From positions 1 to 64,000 of the IMG/VR virus record IMGVR_UViG_3300037067_007090: a stretch of 64,000 bases of DNA; one strand, given 5' to 3'. A model generated the notes under the pieces. That model saw only the letters and a list, made by a program, of their open reading frames with translations. It had not been told where the DNA came from and made no database searches. Below are positions 9,365 through 19,255 of this stretch, piece by piece. Position 1 is the stretch's first letter, and each line of letters begins with the position of its first letter. This DNA comes from a virus (lineage: Duplodnaviria; Caudoviricetes). Made by a program: the position numbers and the translations under genes.

Positions 9365-9505
9365 ATGACACGCGATGCTGTTGTTAAAATTGATAGAAAA
9401 ATCGCCGAAGCCGGACGCGCGCGCGGTCTTAACCTAGCGACCGTTGCGGAAGAATCCATTAAGAGAAGAACTAAAAAACTGGAGGAAATTGATAAATATG
9501 ACTGA
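9365..9505 (+). CDS. small ribbon-helix-helix protein (CcdA/VapB-like), 46 aa
   Basis: Own translation: MTRDAVVKIDRKIAEAGRARGLNLATVAEESIKRRTKKLEEIDKYD; beta strand-helix-GLNL-helix pattern. Confidence 0.55.
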   Translation: MTRDAVVKIDRKIAEAGRARGLNLATVAEESIKRRTKKLEEIDKYD

Positions 9506-9761
9506 AACTTATACCGAAGATGAAATGAAAAAAGCAATGAAATATGTACAGAAGAAAGAACGCCTCATCAGCGCGCTTAACAGTGCTGTGCGCACCGCAG
9601 AAGCACCAATCTATGCAGAAGCATTAAATGAACTTATCGTGCTTCTTATTGAAGATAAACTCCTTCCGGATTCCTTTGATATCCACAAGTACTTTTCTGA
9701 CCTGTATCCGCGAGCGACGCAGAAAAAAGAAGCAAAGGATGAAGATAAAGACGTCAATTAA
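9498..9761 (+). CDS. hypothetical helical protein
   Basis: ATG overlaps the RHH gene stop; GGAGG upstream. Confidence 0.5.
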   Translation: MTETYTEDEMKKAMKYVQKKERLISALNSAVRTAEAPIYAEALNELIVLLIEDKLLPDSFDIHKYFSDLYPRATQKKEAKDEDKDVN

Positions 9762-9860
9762 AAGCGGTTTGGAAATTTATTAATCTTTTTTAATTACCCT
9801 TTGTGTACACCAAACATAACCACTGTGTTAATGTTGGTGTATGGAAGGGGGATTTTTAAT

Positions 9861-9939
9861 AGGTCTGGCCGGAGTTGAACCGGCTTACACATAGACCGTG
9901 TTTGAGACGGTTCCATAGCCGTTCTGGATACACAGACCC
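9861..9939 (-). tRNA. tRNA-Leu(CAA)
   Basis: Cloverleaf: ACCGT-CTCAAAC-ACGGT anticodon arm, GCCGG-TTCAACT-CCGGC T arm, extended variable region; no encoded CCA. Confidence 0.8.
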
Positions 9940-9942
9940 AAA

Positions 9943-10025
9943 TGAGTGATGCCGGATGCGCGCCGGCGATGTTTCCTTGTACGGAGTCTAAATCCGGTGA
10001 AGTCGGCTTCTGTTCCAATCACTCT
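9943..10025 (-). tRNA. tRNA-Leu(TAG), degenerate T loop
   Basis: GAGTGAT/ATCACTC acceptor, CGGA-TTTAGAC-TCCG anticodon arm, T loop CGCGCAT instead of TTCRANY. Confidence 0.55.
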
Positions 10026-10043
10026 CGATTTCCCACAATGGGA

Positions 10044-10129
10044 TGCGTCCGTCAGGATTTGAACCTGAAATGTTTCGCTTCGTCACAGTGTTTAAGACTG
10101 TTGCGTTCAACCGTTTCGCCACGGACGCG
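10044..10129 (-). tRNA. tRNA-Leu(TAA)
   Basis: ACAGT-CTTAAAC-ACTGT, long variable arm, TCAGG-TTCAAAT-CCTGA. Confidence 0.85.
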
Positions 10130-10130
10130 A

Positions 10131-10216
10131 TGTGTGAAGCAAGATTTGAACTTGCGTCGTTTCCTTGTCTGGAACCTCGATCCAGTGGAGTCAACCGTGC
10201 TGTCCCATTCACACAT
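10131..10216 (-). tRNA. tRNA-Leu(GAG), C33
   Basis: CTGGA-TCGAGGT-TCCAG, long variable arm, GCAAG-TTCAAAT-CTTGC. Confidence 0.7.
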
Positions 10217-10263
10217 AACTTATATGTTTTCAAATCATTTATACTTTCCCCTATGTAAGAGGA

Positions 10264-10348
10264 CGCCAACGACAGGAATTGAACCTGCAACCCTGTTAAG
10301 GGCGACGGTTTTCAGGACCGTTTAGCGCACCGCACTCCCCACGTTGGC
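10264..10348 (-). tRNA. tRNA-Ser(TGA), C33
   Basis: ACGGT-CCTGAAA-ACCGT, variable stem CCCT/AGGG, T loop TTCAATT. Confidence 0.7.
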
Positions 10349-10357
10349 AATAATATG

Positions 10358-10433
10358 AGCCGGATGAGAGAATTGAACTCCCGCCCTTTCGATTACAGAT
10401 CGAATGCACCAAACCAACAGATGCTTATCCGGC
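10358..10433 (-). tRNA. tRNA-Thr(TGT), C33
   Basis: GCCGGAT/ATCCGGC acceptor, TTCGA-TCTGTAA-TCGAA, short variable loop, U73; a Tyr(GTA) reading would need a 1-nt shift. Confidence 0.65.
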
Positions 10434-10435
10434 GA

Positions 10436-10523
10436 CGCTGCCTGAAAGATTTGAACTTTCGTTTCCGATCAGGAAAGCAACTTTAGCAGAATTGCGGCAT
10501 AAACCAGACTCGCCCAAGGCAGC
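10436..10523 (-). tRNA. tRNA-Ser(GCT)
   Basis: GCTGCCT/AGGCAGC acceptor, CAATT-CTGCTAA-AGTTG, long variable arm. Confidence 0.85.
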
Positions 10524-10675
10524 AAGATGAAACCAATACAAAACACCCTCACGATGTGGTGAGAAGCGTCAAACTGGACAGTAAACGCAATGATAGAATA
10601 GATGTTGATACGTTTATATTTACTGTCATGATATATAATAGTGTATGTTGTAATAGTATTTAAATATTTCTACAA

Positions 10676-10757
10676 TTGGTGGAGAGGGATTTGAACCCTC
10701 GAAGCACTAAACACCGGATTTTGAATCCGGCCCCTTTGACCGCTCGGGTATCCACCA
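10676..10757 (-). tRNA. tRNA-Leu(CAA), second copy
   Basis: CCC-GAGCGGTCAAA-GGG D arm, CCGGA-TTCAAAA-TCCGG, GAGGG-TTCAAAT-CCCTC; own TATA upstream. Confidence 0.85.
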
Positions 10758-10887
10758 GTCATAGAATATAGGTGTTGTTTCTATTTAAAATGTTGGTTCG
10801 GAAATATATAGGTTAACTTTATATACTATAAAAATTTACTATACAACTAATTTATATACCACCAATAGTTTTAATATTTAAACCTTT

Positions 10888-13800
10888 CTAAAAACCCCAC
10901 TTCCCCAACGTCGGAGTCGCCGGGTCAAACTCGCACCAGTTGAAATTCAACGGTTCCATAATCCGTGATAACGGAGTCTTTAAAGTCTTCTCTAACATTG
11001 TATCAACATCAACTATAAAAATGTTTCTATCTATTTGATCCGCATACTCAAAACAAACTACATCCGTGCGCGGATATTTTGAAGTAACATTCTTAATATA
11101 TAAACGTTTCGGTTTTGACCCCTTACCAAAATTCGTTCCCAGATAAGTGTTAGAATACACCGCCGCGCGCACCTGCGCATCTTGGATATCATATTCTTCC
11201 AATGGTTTACCAATGCCGCCGGGAATTCCTACATCGTCGAGACTATATTTACCCGCGCGGTATTTACGTATAACATCCGAAATAGTAGTTCTGATTTCTT
11301 CATAAGGTTTGCCCTCAAGAACCATCTCGATAAGTGTTTTCATTGCGTCACGTGTGACCTTGGGGGAATCCGACCGCTTGGTTTCAAAACCCACAATATC
11401 AATTTTATGCGCGTCTACACCTTCCTTCCAAATAAGGAGTCCAGCGTATCGCTTCTTCTTCCCGCCGCTAAAAAATCTCTGGTATAATTTTTCAAATTTC
11501 ACGGAGAAATATTGAACATCGGCATTTAATGTTTCTTTTGCAAACTGTGGATATGAGTTATTAAGAAGCGTTTCAAGTTCCTTCGCAATAAACATAGTTC
11601 CTTCTTTCCCAATACTTTTTGGTATCTTTATACCAACCGAATCGGTATCACCAAAAACAATTTTATATTCTTCGTGTTCTACAAGTTTTTTGTTGTGCTC
11701 CAAAAGCGCGCGCCCTACTGATGTAATAGCCGAACCCACGTCACGGTCATTAAGACGGAACATCGGATTTGCCGAAACCCCATAATAAGAATTCATGCAA
11801 ACCTTAACCACGTCCTGTTTCATATTTAAAAGTTTATACTCACGAGAATCAAAAGGATACTTATTCCGTTCCTTTTTCATCTCATCTCGTTCACGTAAAA
11901 ATTTCGCCTGAATCTTTCTAACCAATCCATCGGGTTCTTTTTTAAATCTGACACCATTAGGAGCGCGCAGTTCTCCTTTTGGATCTTTGGTTTCTGGAGA
12001 TGCATTAATAGTCATCATCGACATTGGATACAATGATTTAGCATCCAAAACAGCAACGTTTTCTTGCACTCCGCGCATGGGAGCAATAACCGTAGCCCCT
12101 TCAAACGATTCTTGTGTATTTATAGAATTTGCCTTTGAAGGTAAAATAAACCCATTTTCTTTTGCTTCTCTCAAAACCAACATATCAATAATAGGCATAC
12201 TATTTGTTGTCTTTTCCAGAGGACACCCGGCATAATGAGCAACATACCTGTGGAATTCAACAGTTTCGTCTTTTGCATTAATACCTACACATAATTCCAC
12301 ATCAGTGAAGTTATAGTAAACCAGATTGGTAGGATCTTCTTTCCATAAATCGAAAACCTTTCCATTGTGATGGATTTTTTGTTTCCCCAATTCTTCTAAT
12401 GCTATTGCATCAAGGCGATAAGAAGGTTGTTCACCCAAATGCATTCTTTTATACCCGGATAATAAATCAAAAAGTTGACGACCTTTGATTTCTATGCGCC
12501 CGGTGTTTCCACTAGGCAACCGCGACCACGCATCGCGCGGGATACCTAATACATCCATACGACCCAGAATGTAAGGTATATCAAATTCATTACAATTATG
12601 TACAACGCAACCAATCGAAAAATTATGTTCTGTCGTTTCAATATCGTAGCAATTTTTAGGCACGTCGTTACTTACATTTTTTACCCGCAGATACATATTA
12701 GTTAGATTTCTATTAAAATTAAATCTGAAATGATCTTTCCTAGTAACTCGTTTTCTCTTAATTATATGGATTTTATTTTTTATTTTCTTCTGCAAAAACT
12801 TTTTCATACACTCTAATAGTTTTTGGGTTATACATAAGATCCGTAAATTTATATTACATGTAGATGAAGTTATCGCACCAAATCCTGCAAATAACTGAAA
12901 ATGCCGAATATTAATAGTATGATCTCCTATACAAAAGACATCTGAATACCCATCGCCATCATACCATCCAGCTAAAAAAGCCCCGAACTCTTCTACAGAT
13001 AGACGAGATAATAAACCAAAATTGAGTTGTTTCTTATCACCAACCAGAATGAGATGTTCTGCCCCTTTTAGATCTCGCTGCAATATATTAGAACACCAGA
13101 CACCTTTTGTAAACCATCTATGGTTTTCCCCGCAACATCTATTAATGAGGTTTATATTTTTATTGTAAAATCTAAATCTCCACTTATCTGGTCTGGCGCC
13201 ATCGGAATAAATAAGTCCAGCCCTGTAACAATTAAAAGGATCAAGCCCGAGACCAATATTATTTTCATACTGCCGTATTGGAATATGCAATATACTATCA
13301 GAAGTTATATTTTTAGAAATTTCGTATGTTGGTTCATAGTTTTCGCAATGTTCCCACACATAATGACGATCTTGTGGAATTTGAGAAACTAACATTCGAT
13401 GATCTTCCCCAACAATAAAATCCCATCCAATAGATGTTCTTATACGAGTTGTATTCTTAACCCCCGTATTATAAACGGATACAACTTTTCCACCTGTGTT
13501 TAAAACAATACCCGGTATTAATGCCTTAATTGGTATAAGACCGTTTTTTGTGTCAACCATTGTATCTTCTGGAACGCAGTTCCACCCCGTAATAATATCC
13601 GGATCTGTGGATTTGATATATTCACAAAAATCCACAAGAAGAGATTTTTCATCCGTGTATGTTATAACGTCGTGGTGAGCGGGATCAAAGCACCCGTTCT
13701 CTTTAGGTGTTTCTATAAGAGGTGAAGTAGCGACAACAAATGTAATATAACGATTTGTAAAACTATCATGACAAGTAATGCAAAAAATTGGATCTTTCGT

Positions 13801-14259
13801 TGCATCCGGGAACCCGCGTTCATCAGAACATTCAATATCCACAATACAAACGCGCGCGGGATAGTTTAAATCTTTGAATAATATGTCGTCAATCGTGCAT
13901 GGTGATTGTGTATAAGAGAAACCAGATTTTATTTTTGTATCAATCAGAAACCTCAATGTGTATAAAATATCCGCTTCATAGTGTTTAGAAAACTTCTCGC
14001 GCGATTCAAAAATGTCACCGGGTTTTTGAGTAATGACTTTCACCAAAGGTTCATGGAGAATGGAAAAATATTCATTTGAATCAACTTCGGAGGGTGGTGT
14101 TGCTTTGGGGGATTCTGATGCGGGAACAAAAAAATAAGGTTTGAAACCAACCACATCCACACGATGAGAAACACCGGAGGAGTCACGACCGAAGATGTTA
14201 ATGACAGGAGAGTTGTTATGGAAGGAGTATTCGGCTTGAGTTAAGCAGAGATCAGGCAT
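10888..14259 (-). CDS. polB: family B DNA polymerase (archaeal type) with one intein
   Basis: Exo I DIEC, Exo II GWN..FD, Exo III YNFTD; DAKSLYPMS, KVCMNSYYG, FGDTDS, KKRYAG. Confidence 0.95.
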   Translation of the reverse strand: MPDLCLTQAEYSFHNNSPVINIFGRDSSGVSHRVDVVGFKPYFFVPASESPKATPPSEVDSNEYFSILHEPLVKVITQKPGDIFESREKFSKHYEADILYTLRFLIDTKIKSGFSYTQSPCTIDDILFKDLNYPARVCIVDIECSDERGFPDATKDPIFCITCHDSFTNRYITFVVATSPLIETPKENGCFDPAHHDVITYTDEKSLLVDFCEYIKSTDPDIITGWNCVPEDTMVDTKNGLIPIKALIPGIVLNTGGKVVSVYNTGVKNTTRIRTSIGWDFIVGEDHRMLVSQIPQDRHYVWEHCENYEPTYEISKNITSDSILHIPIRQYENNIGLGLDPFNCYRAGLIYSDGARPDKWRFRFYNKNINLINRCCGENHRWFTKGVWCSNILQRDLKGAEHLILVGDKKQLNFGLLSRLSVEEFGAFLAGWYDGDGYSDVFCIGDHTINIRHFQLFAGFGAITSSTCNINLRILCITQKLLECMKKFLQKKIKNKIHIIKRKRVTRKDHFRFNFNRNLTNMYLRVKNVSNDVPKNCYDIETTEHNFSIGCVVHNCNEFDIPYILGRMDVLGIPRDAWSRLPSGNTGRIEIKGRQLFDLLSGYKRMHLGEQPSYRLDAIALEELGKQKIHHNGKVFDLWKEDPTNLVYYNFTDVELCVGINAKDETVEFHRYVAHYAGCPLEKTTNSMPIIDMLVLREAKENGFILPSKANSINTQESFEGATVIAPMRGVQENVAVLDAKSLYPMSMMTINASPETKDPKGELRAPNGVRFKKEPDGLVRKIQAKFLRERDEMKKERNKYPFDSREYKLLNMKQDVVKVCMNSYYGVSANPMFRLNDRDVGSAITSVGRALLEHNKKLVEHEEYKIVFGDTDSVGIKIPKSIGKEGTMFIAKELETLLNNSYPQFAKETLNADVQYFSVKFEKLYQRFFSGGKKKRYAGLLIWKEGVDAHKIDIVGFETKRSDSPKVTRDAMKTLIEMVLEGKPYEEIRTTISDVIRKYRAGKYSLDDVGIPGGIGKPLEEYDIQDAQVRAAVYSNTYLGTNFGKGSKPKRLYIKNVTSKYPRTDVVCFEYADQIDRNIFIVDVDTMLEKTLKTPLSRIMEPLNFNWCEFDPATPTLGKWGF
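12595..13578 (-). mobile_element. LAGLIDADG intein (328 aa) in the PolB Exo II motif
   Basis: GWN|CVPEDT...CVVHN|CNEFD; internal RAGLIYSDG and LAGWYDGDG motifs. Confidence 0.92.
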
Positions 14260-14848
14260 AGATAGGAGACCCCTCTACAAATAACATTAATGTTCCGACT
14301 GTAATTGCTAAAAGGATACCAGCAATAAATGAATGAATAATAATGCCCGTGACTCCCCCAAGACATCCTGCAAAAACGGCAGATAATAAAGAAATTAAAA
14401 TTCCCGTTCCTAACAACTCTTCTTTCATGTTGTTAATATATACGCGTTTAAAGGATATAAAAGTATTGGTATAGTAGAAACCTTTAAATACACAAACATC
14501 CAATACTATAAATATGTCTCTTGATATCAAAAATCAATTCTCTAGAACATTCAATCGACCAGAACCCAACGTTGGCGCGCTTGGTAAAAAGCAACGTGGA
14601 GAATATTATAGTGGGATCAAAATCTGGGGTCGTCAAGTAAAAGGCGAAAACCGCGATTAAATTTCATCAAAAGAATATTTAAAATCTAACACAAGCATTA
14701 CCAATCCGAAACAAGCCCCAAATAACATACTAGCAATAATACTTCCCACAATTGCACCCACACAGCCACCAATTCCACCTGCGAGTAAACCATCAAAAAA
14801 AGAAATTATAAATGCGATGGTGGGGTTAAATTCTTTGGTCATTGACAA
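14252..14848 (-). CDS. two small paralogous Gly-rich membrane proteins (14252-14428, 14657-14848)
   Basis: Similar hydrophobic segments (AGCLGGVTGII / AGGIGGCVGAI). Confidence 0.5.
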
Positions 14849-15252
14849 GTTCCATTAATATGTTCACATTTAGCACGATCTGATAATTGTGGTGTATTAT
14901 CTGTAAACGAGTATATTTGCCTATCATCATTTTTGTTGCAATAATATTGGATTGTATAATTATCTCCAATATTTATAATTTTGATATTAAATGGTTGCGA
15001 CAAATAATAATAACCATTACCGTTTTCATCAAACAATTCCATTGTTACACCCATACAACCAAAACCATTAAATATACCAACAACTTCTTTATTAGTGAAA
15101 ACGATATTTTTTGTAATTAATTGAGATGTTGGTTCGGGCTGCGGTGGCGTGATGTGAAAAACAAATTGGTTAAACAAAACACACAATATAATAACTGCAA
15201 ACATTATCATTATGCATCGTAGTATAAATATTGAGTCGTCGTCGTCGCTCAT
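14839..15252 (-). CDS. single-TM exported protein
   Basis: N-terminal hydrophobic helix then polar domain. Confidence 0.55.
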   Translation of the reverse strand: MSDDDDSIFILRCIMIMFAVIILCVLFNQFVFHITPPQPEPTSQLITKNIVFTNKEVVGIFNGFGCMGVTMELFDENGNGYYYLSQPFNIKIINIGDNYTIQYYCNKNDDRQIYSFTDNTPQLSDRAKCEHINGTCQ

Positions 15253-15257
15253 ATTAT

Positions 15258-15631
15258 TTACCCCTCATCAAACACTTCTTCTACATTCGATATATCATCA
15301 ACATTTTTTGGAGTAAGAATCTTCTTACCTAATGCAATCGCCAATTCTCGTTCCATCGTCGCTCCTTGACTTTTTCCCATCCGGGCAGTAGAAGAATGGC
15401 ATCACATTTCTCCACAAATGCCAAACAAATATTCATCCACGTATCATAACCAATATCTACAACATGTTGAAACCCAGATGTATTTTTATGCGGTGTGAAT
15501 GGTGCCCACCCTTTATAGACAGCAGCAAGCGCATAACGTGACGCTTCAATAATATTGATTTCTGTTCCGTGGAGTTCATCATAACCGTCGGGTATGAGAC
15601 TGAAAGGGCCGGAGATGTAGAGGGTTTTCAT
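15258..15631 (-). CDS. DUF4406/DUF1937-type nucleoside 2-deoxyribosyltransferase-like protein (apparent 1-nt frameshift near 15373)
   Basis: LYISGPFS...FTPH...CDAILLLPGWEK continues as SQGATMERELA in the shifted frame. Confidence 0.7.
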
Positions 15632-15805
15632 CTACGCACCAACAAAAACATTCGTGTTCATATATTTATCCGGCATCATTATAGAAGCAACCATCATAAT
15701 TGGCATTGCAATAATCATAAGAAATGGATGGCGCAAATATACTGCGATTGCCATTGATAATATACATACCAGCATTAATATTAATATAAATAATGGGATT
15801 TTCAT

Positions 15806-16738
15806 TCACGACCTCCCCTCAAATTTCAACGCCTCTCCGTTCTTCAAAATGAAAAACCCACTTCTCATTACCGGGTGTGTGGTCGTTTTACAAGTATATT
15901 CCAACGCCTCTCTATCAAACAATCCCCCACCTTCTATACATATAAATCTCCCACTTATATCACGCCCCTGCAATAAATTGTGACCATGCGCCATATGAAT
16001 ATTCTTTCCGAATTTTGCACACAACGCGCGCGCTACTCTCAAAGGCAAAATACTAAAGTTTTTCGGGTGGCAAAGCATCCATTCTTGAATCCGATCATTT
16101 CCATTTTCATCCACACAATTGTGATTCAAAATCATAAAATCATCTGTAGTAGAATGAACACGTCTTTCATAATCAGATATGGTAATGTTTCTCGGCATCA
16201 TCGCTAATACTATATCTTTAAACCCTTCTTTCCCACCAGTAAGTGCAATAATACGATTCTCGTGGTTTCCAGAACAAATATAAATTTCTTCAAACCATTC
16301 AAGAAGGCGGGTCATTATTTTTCGACCTTCATCTTTTTCAGCCTTCCATGTAATAGACACACTTCGGTTTGACTCTGTAACACTAGTGAAAATACTAAGG
16401 TTATCACAATCCAAGAAGTCTCCGTCGATTGCGAGTTTCCTAATATTTAAATCTTTACAAACACCAATCATATAATCAATAAGAGATTCATCGTGGCACG
16501 GTATGTGAAAATCGCACGCGAGACAAATATCGCCAGCAGTAAACACCAACGGCGCGCGCGCATTTATAAGTTGCTGCGCGAAAGATCCTTTCTTTGCTTT
16601 ATATCTTCTACGATATTCGGCAGCACGATCCGGATGTTCTTTTTCATAAATATTACCCTGCACAGAACGTTGCGCAGAACGATTCCGTCTGGCATTTCTC
16701 GCCTTAACGGTTAATGGATTTTCCAGACCGTGACTCAT
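15806..16738 (-). CDS. calcineurin-like metallophosphoesterase
   Basis: DFH, DGDFLD, GNHE, HGH motifs in the canonical order. Confidence 0.85.
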   Translation of the reverse strand: MSHGLENPLTVKARNARRNRSAQRSVQGNIYEKEHPDRAAEYRRRYKAKKGSFAQQLINARAPLVFTAGDICLACDFHIPCHDESLIDYMIGVCKDLNIRKLAIDGDFLDCDNLSIFTSVTESNRSVSITWKAEKDEGRKIMTRLLEWFEEIYICSGNHENRIIALTGGKEGFKDIVLAMMPRNITISDYERRVHSTTDDFMILNHNCVDENGNDRIQEWMLCHPKNFSILPLRVARALCAKFGKNIHMAHGHNLLQGRDISGRFICIEGGGLFDREALEYTCKTTTHPVMRSGFFILKNGEALKFEGRS

Positions 16739-16858
16739 TAGAAATCACCGTGACTATACAACTTTAAATAATAGGTATTGTGTTTTGACAATTATACAAC
16801 CTCGAATTAAAAAGATTATGTTTAGTATATATACGCGTATTCTATTTAAGGGTTTCGT

Positions 16859-18506
16859 CTATACTTTCTTTTTCATCATAGTAATCTCCGTTTCATACCA
16901 ATCTCGGGGTTGCAGCAAATGAAAAAACTTAACAACAATTGCGTTAACTGTTAAAAATATCCCAACTGCTAAATAACCCCACGTGAGATAATAAGGTGTT
17001 ACATTGGTAGAGGCATAAATTAAAAATGCCATTCCTCCAAGTAAATATAATGCCATAAACAAGATGTCTAAAATGGCAGACATAAATCCATCGTAAGTAA
17101 TCTTACGCGAATCCCATTCTTCTTTTGTGTAAGTAGTCATTTCGATTTCTCCTTTTTGCACCACGAAATTTTAATGCCGTATATGATAGCCATTAAAACT
17201 ATCGCTCCGACAATAATAAGACCCCCTCCAATACGTTCTGAAAGAACATCCATTTCTGTGAGTGGCATTATTCGTCTGTTATTAAGCCATAATGTTACAT
17301 CTCGCGGAATAAATAACATCAAAGATCCAAATATTAATATAGACCATACAAATAAGTTGGCAGATAAATTACATAAAAATTTCTTTATTTTGTGTAATGT
17401 CCTACATGAAATCGGAAGAAGTGTAATTTCTATTGTCATTTAATATTAACCCCAACCATTTTTGCATTTTCATAATAAACAAGAGTCGCCCCAACCAACA
17501 TGAAGAATATACCAATCCCGCAACCGCTTATTGTTGATGCCGATTTTATATTATTAATAAGATTTAATACAAAATCGCTCGATGCTGGAAGATGCCCCAT
17601 CATTGAAAAATACATCATAAAAGCGATTGGTGTTAATACGATTCCCCCGATCAATAAAACGACCCCAAATATTGTTACTTTGGTTATCATTTCACTTCCA
17701 CCATTTCCCCAACAACATTTCCTTAAACAACCACACACCCATTACCAACAGCGCACCAAATAAAACTGCTACCAAAGTAACAACATTCAATCCAGTGAGC
17801 AATTCAACTGCGATACCAAGAATGATACCTGCAACAAATACAATCATTAAAAATATCTTTGCAATGCTGCGCGCGGCACTTTCAATAACTTCGTTTCCAA
17901 TATAATTTGTTTTCTGTTTCCACACAATCCACCCACACGCGACTGCTGTTATAATCGCAAGAACGATTACAAGTGCACGCACTAAATCCCCTATGAGAAG
18001 TGTTGCAGCGATGCCGGAGAAGATACCGGCTTCAAGAACGATTAAAATAAAGAATCGGATAAGGTTTCGGGCGATGGATTCTGGAGTTGTGGTCATGGTG
18101 ACACCCCACAAGTTTGGTTGCCGCACGAAATTGGGGCATCGATAGAATAAATCCATTTATAACCCAATTCTTCTTTAATTTTTACTTTGACCGTTTCATT
18201 ATCTGCCACTTTAAATTTTGTAACTATATCACAGATATAATACACATTTTCATTGGTATCAATAACAGTCATATCACTATTTTGAATATGTTTGCATATT
18301 GTTATTGTATCGGTGTATGTAGAACCACCAATAATAAATATTACTGCACAAATACAAGATAATATTGCGAATAAACAAGCAAATACTTCAAAAAATGCTT
18401 TGGTGTTAGTATTGTCAAAAATAAAAATAATAATTGACAACACGGCAAAAATAGCACATATACCTACCAAATAATACCCCATCGGATCGACATCAAACGG
18501 AATCAT
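16859..18506 (-). CDS. array of five small membrane proteins (16859-17140, 17137-17439, 17436-17690, 17692-18096, 18093-18506)
   Basis: Each has 2-4 hydrophobic helices; ATGA overlaps. Confidence 0.6.
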
Positions 18507-19171
18507 TTCCCATTCACCTTCTTAAACTCATCAATAGCAATCTGCACAACAGAATCTTCGTATCCTTCGATAATATCAAACGCCTTTTCCTTTAACAGAT
18601 TGATCGTGATGTCGGAGGGATTAATATTTTGTCCCTTACAGAAGAACGTAACGAGTTTTACAATGCGCGCGATGCCGGTTGGTTTAGAAGAAGCAACCGG
18701 GGATGAAGAAACCGTACCTGTTGGCTGTGTTGCTGCAACAGAAAGTGCATCTGGAAATGTAGAAACCGAAGATTTCTCGGTTTCTACGACCGGAGGTGTA
18801 ACGGGTGTTTCAACAACTTCCACAGGAGCAGTTACTTTCGGTGTGCGCTTCCTTCTTTCCTTAACAACTGGGGGTGCAATTGGTTCTACAACGGGTTCTT
18901 TTACTATTGGATTCTCTTTACATTTAGTCTTACAGTCTACAAAACTGCACTTTCTACACGCTTCTATTTCAAGAATGTTTGGCTCGGTATTATCGTGTTC
19001 TACATTATAACAGGATGGAATATCTTTATTTTTTCCTTCATACCTCTCCACAAGAGTAATAGAACTCATCTTTGTTTTAAGAGTAATATCAATTTCCGTG
19101 ATGTCCTCTTCTGAAACTTTTAAGTTCACAAGGCTTACAAGCATGTTTTTGAGTTCGTCTTTTGTTGCCAT
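18503..19171 (-). CDS. hypothetical protein with Cys cluster and Pro/Thr/Val-rich linker
   Basis: CYN...CRKCSFVDCKTKC; low-complexity PVVE repeats; own promoter. Confidence 0.55.
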   Translation of the reverse strand: MATKDELKNMLVSLVNLKVSEEDITEIDITLKTKMSSITLVERYEGKNKDIPSCYNVEHDNTEPNILEIEACRKCSFVDCKTKCKENPIVKEPVVEPIAPPVVKERRKRTPKVTAPVEVVETPVTPPVVETEKSSVSTFPDALSVAATQPTGTVSSSPVASSKPTGIARIVKLVTFFCKGQNINPSDITINLLKEKAFDIIEGYEDSVVQIAIDEFKKVNGK

Positions 19172-19255
19172 AATATCACAATTAGATAGAACGCGATTGT
19201 ATTTAATGGTTGTGTAGAAGGATTTAAATAGATTGATGGCGTATATAGAACGTAT

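Noticed and set aside
10524-10670. Possible C/D-box sRNA or extra tRNA in the gap of the tRNA array
   Set aside because: No convincing box C/D pair or cloverleaf could be built by eye.
15258-15400. Programmed -1 frameshift in the DUF4406-like gene (GGGAAAAAG)
   Set aside because: Similar single-base homopolymer indels disturb starts near 4102 and 4301 and the gene at 63113-63415. Assembly error is more parsimonious; raw reads would decide.
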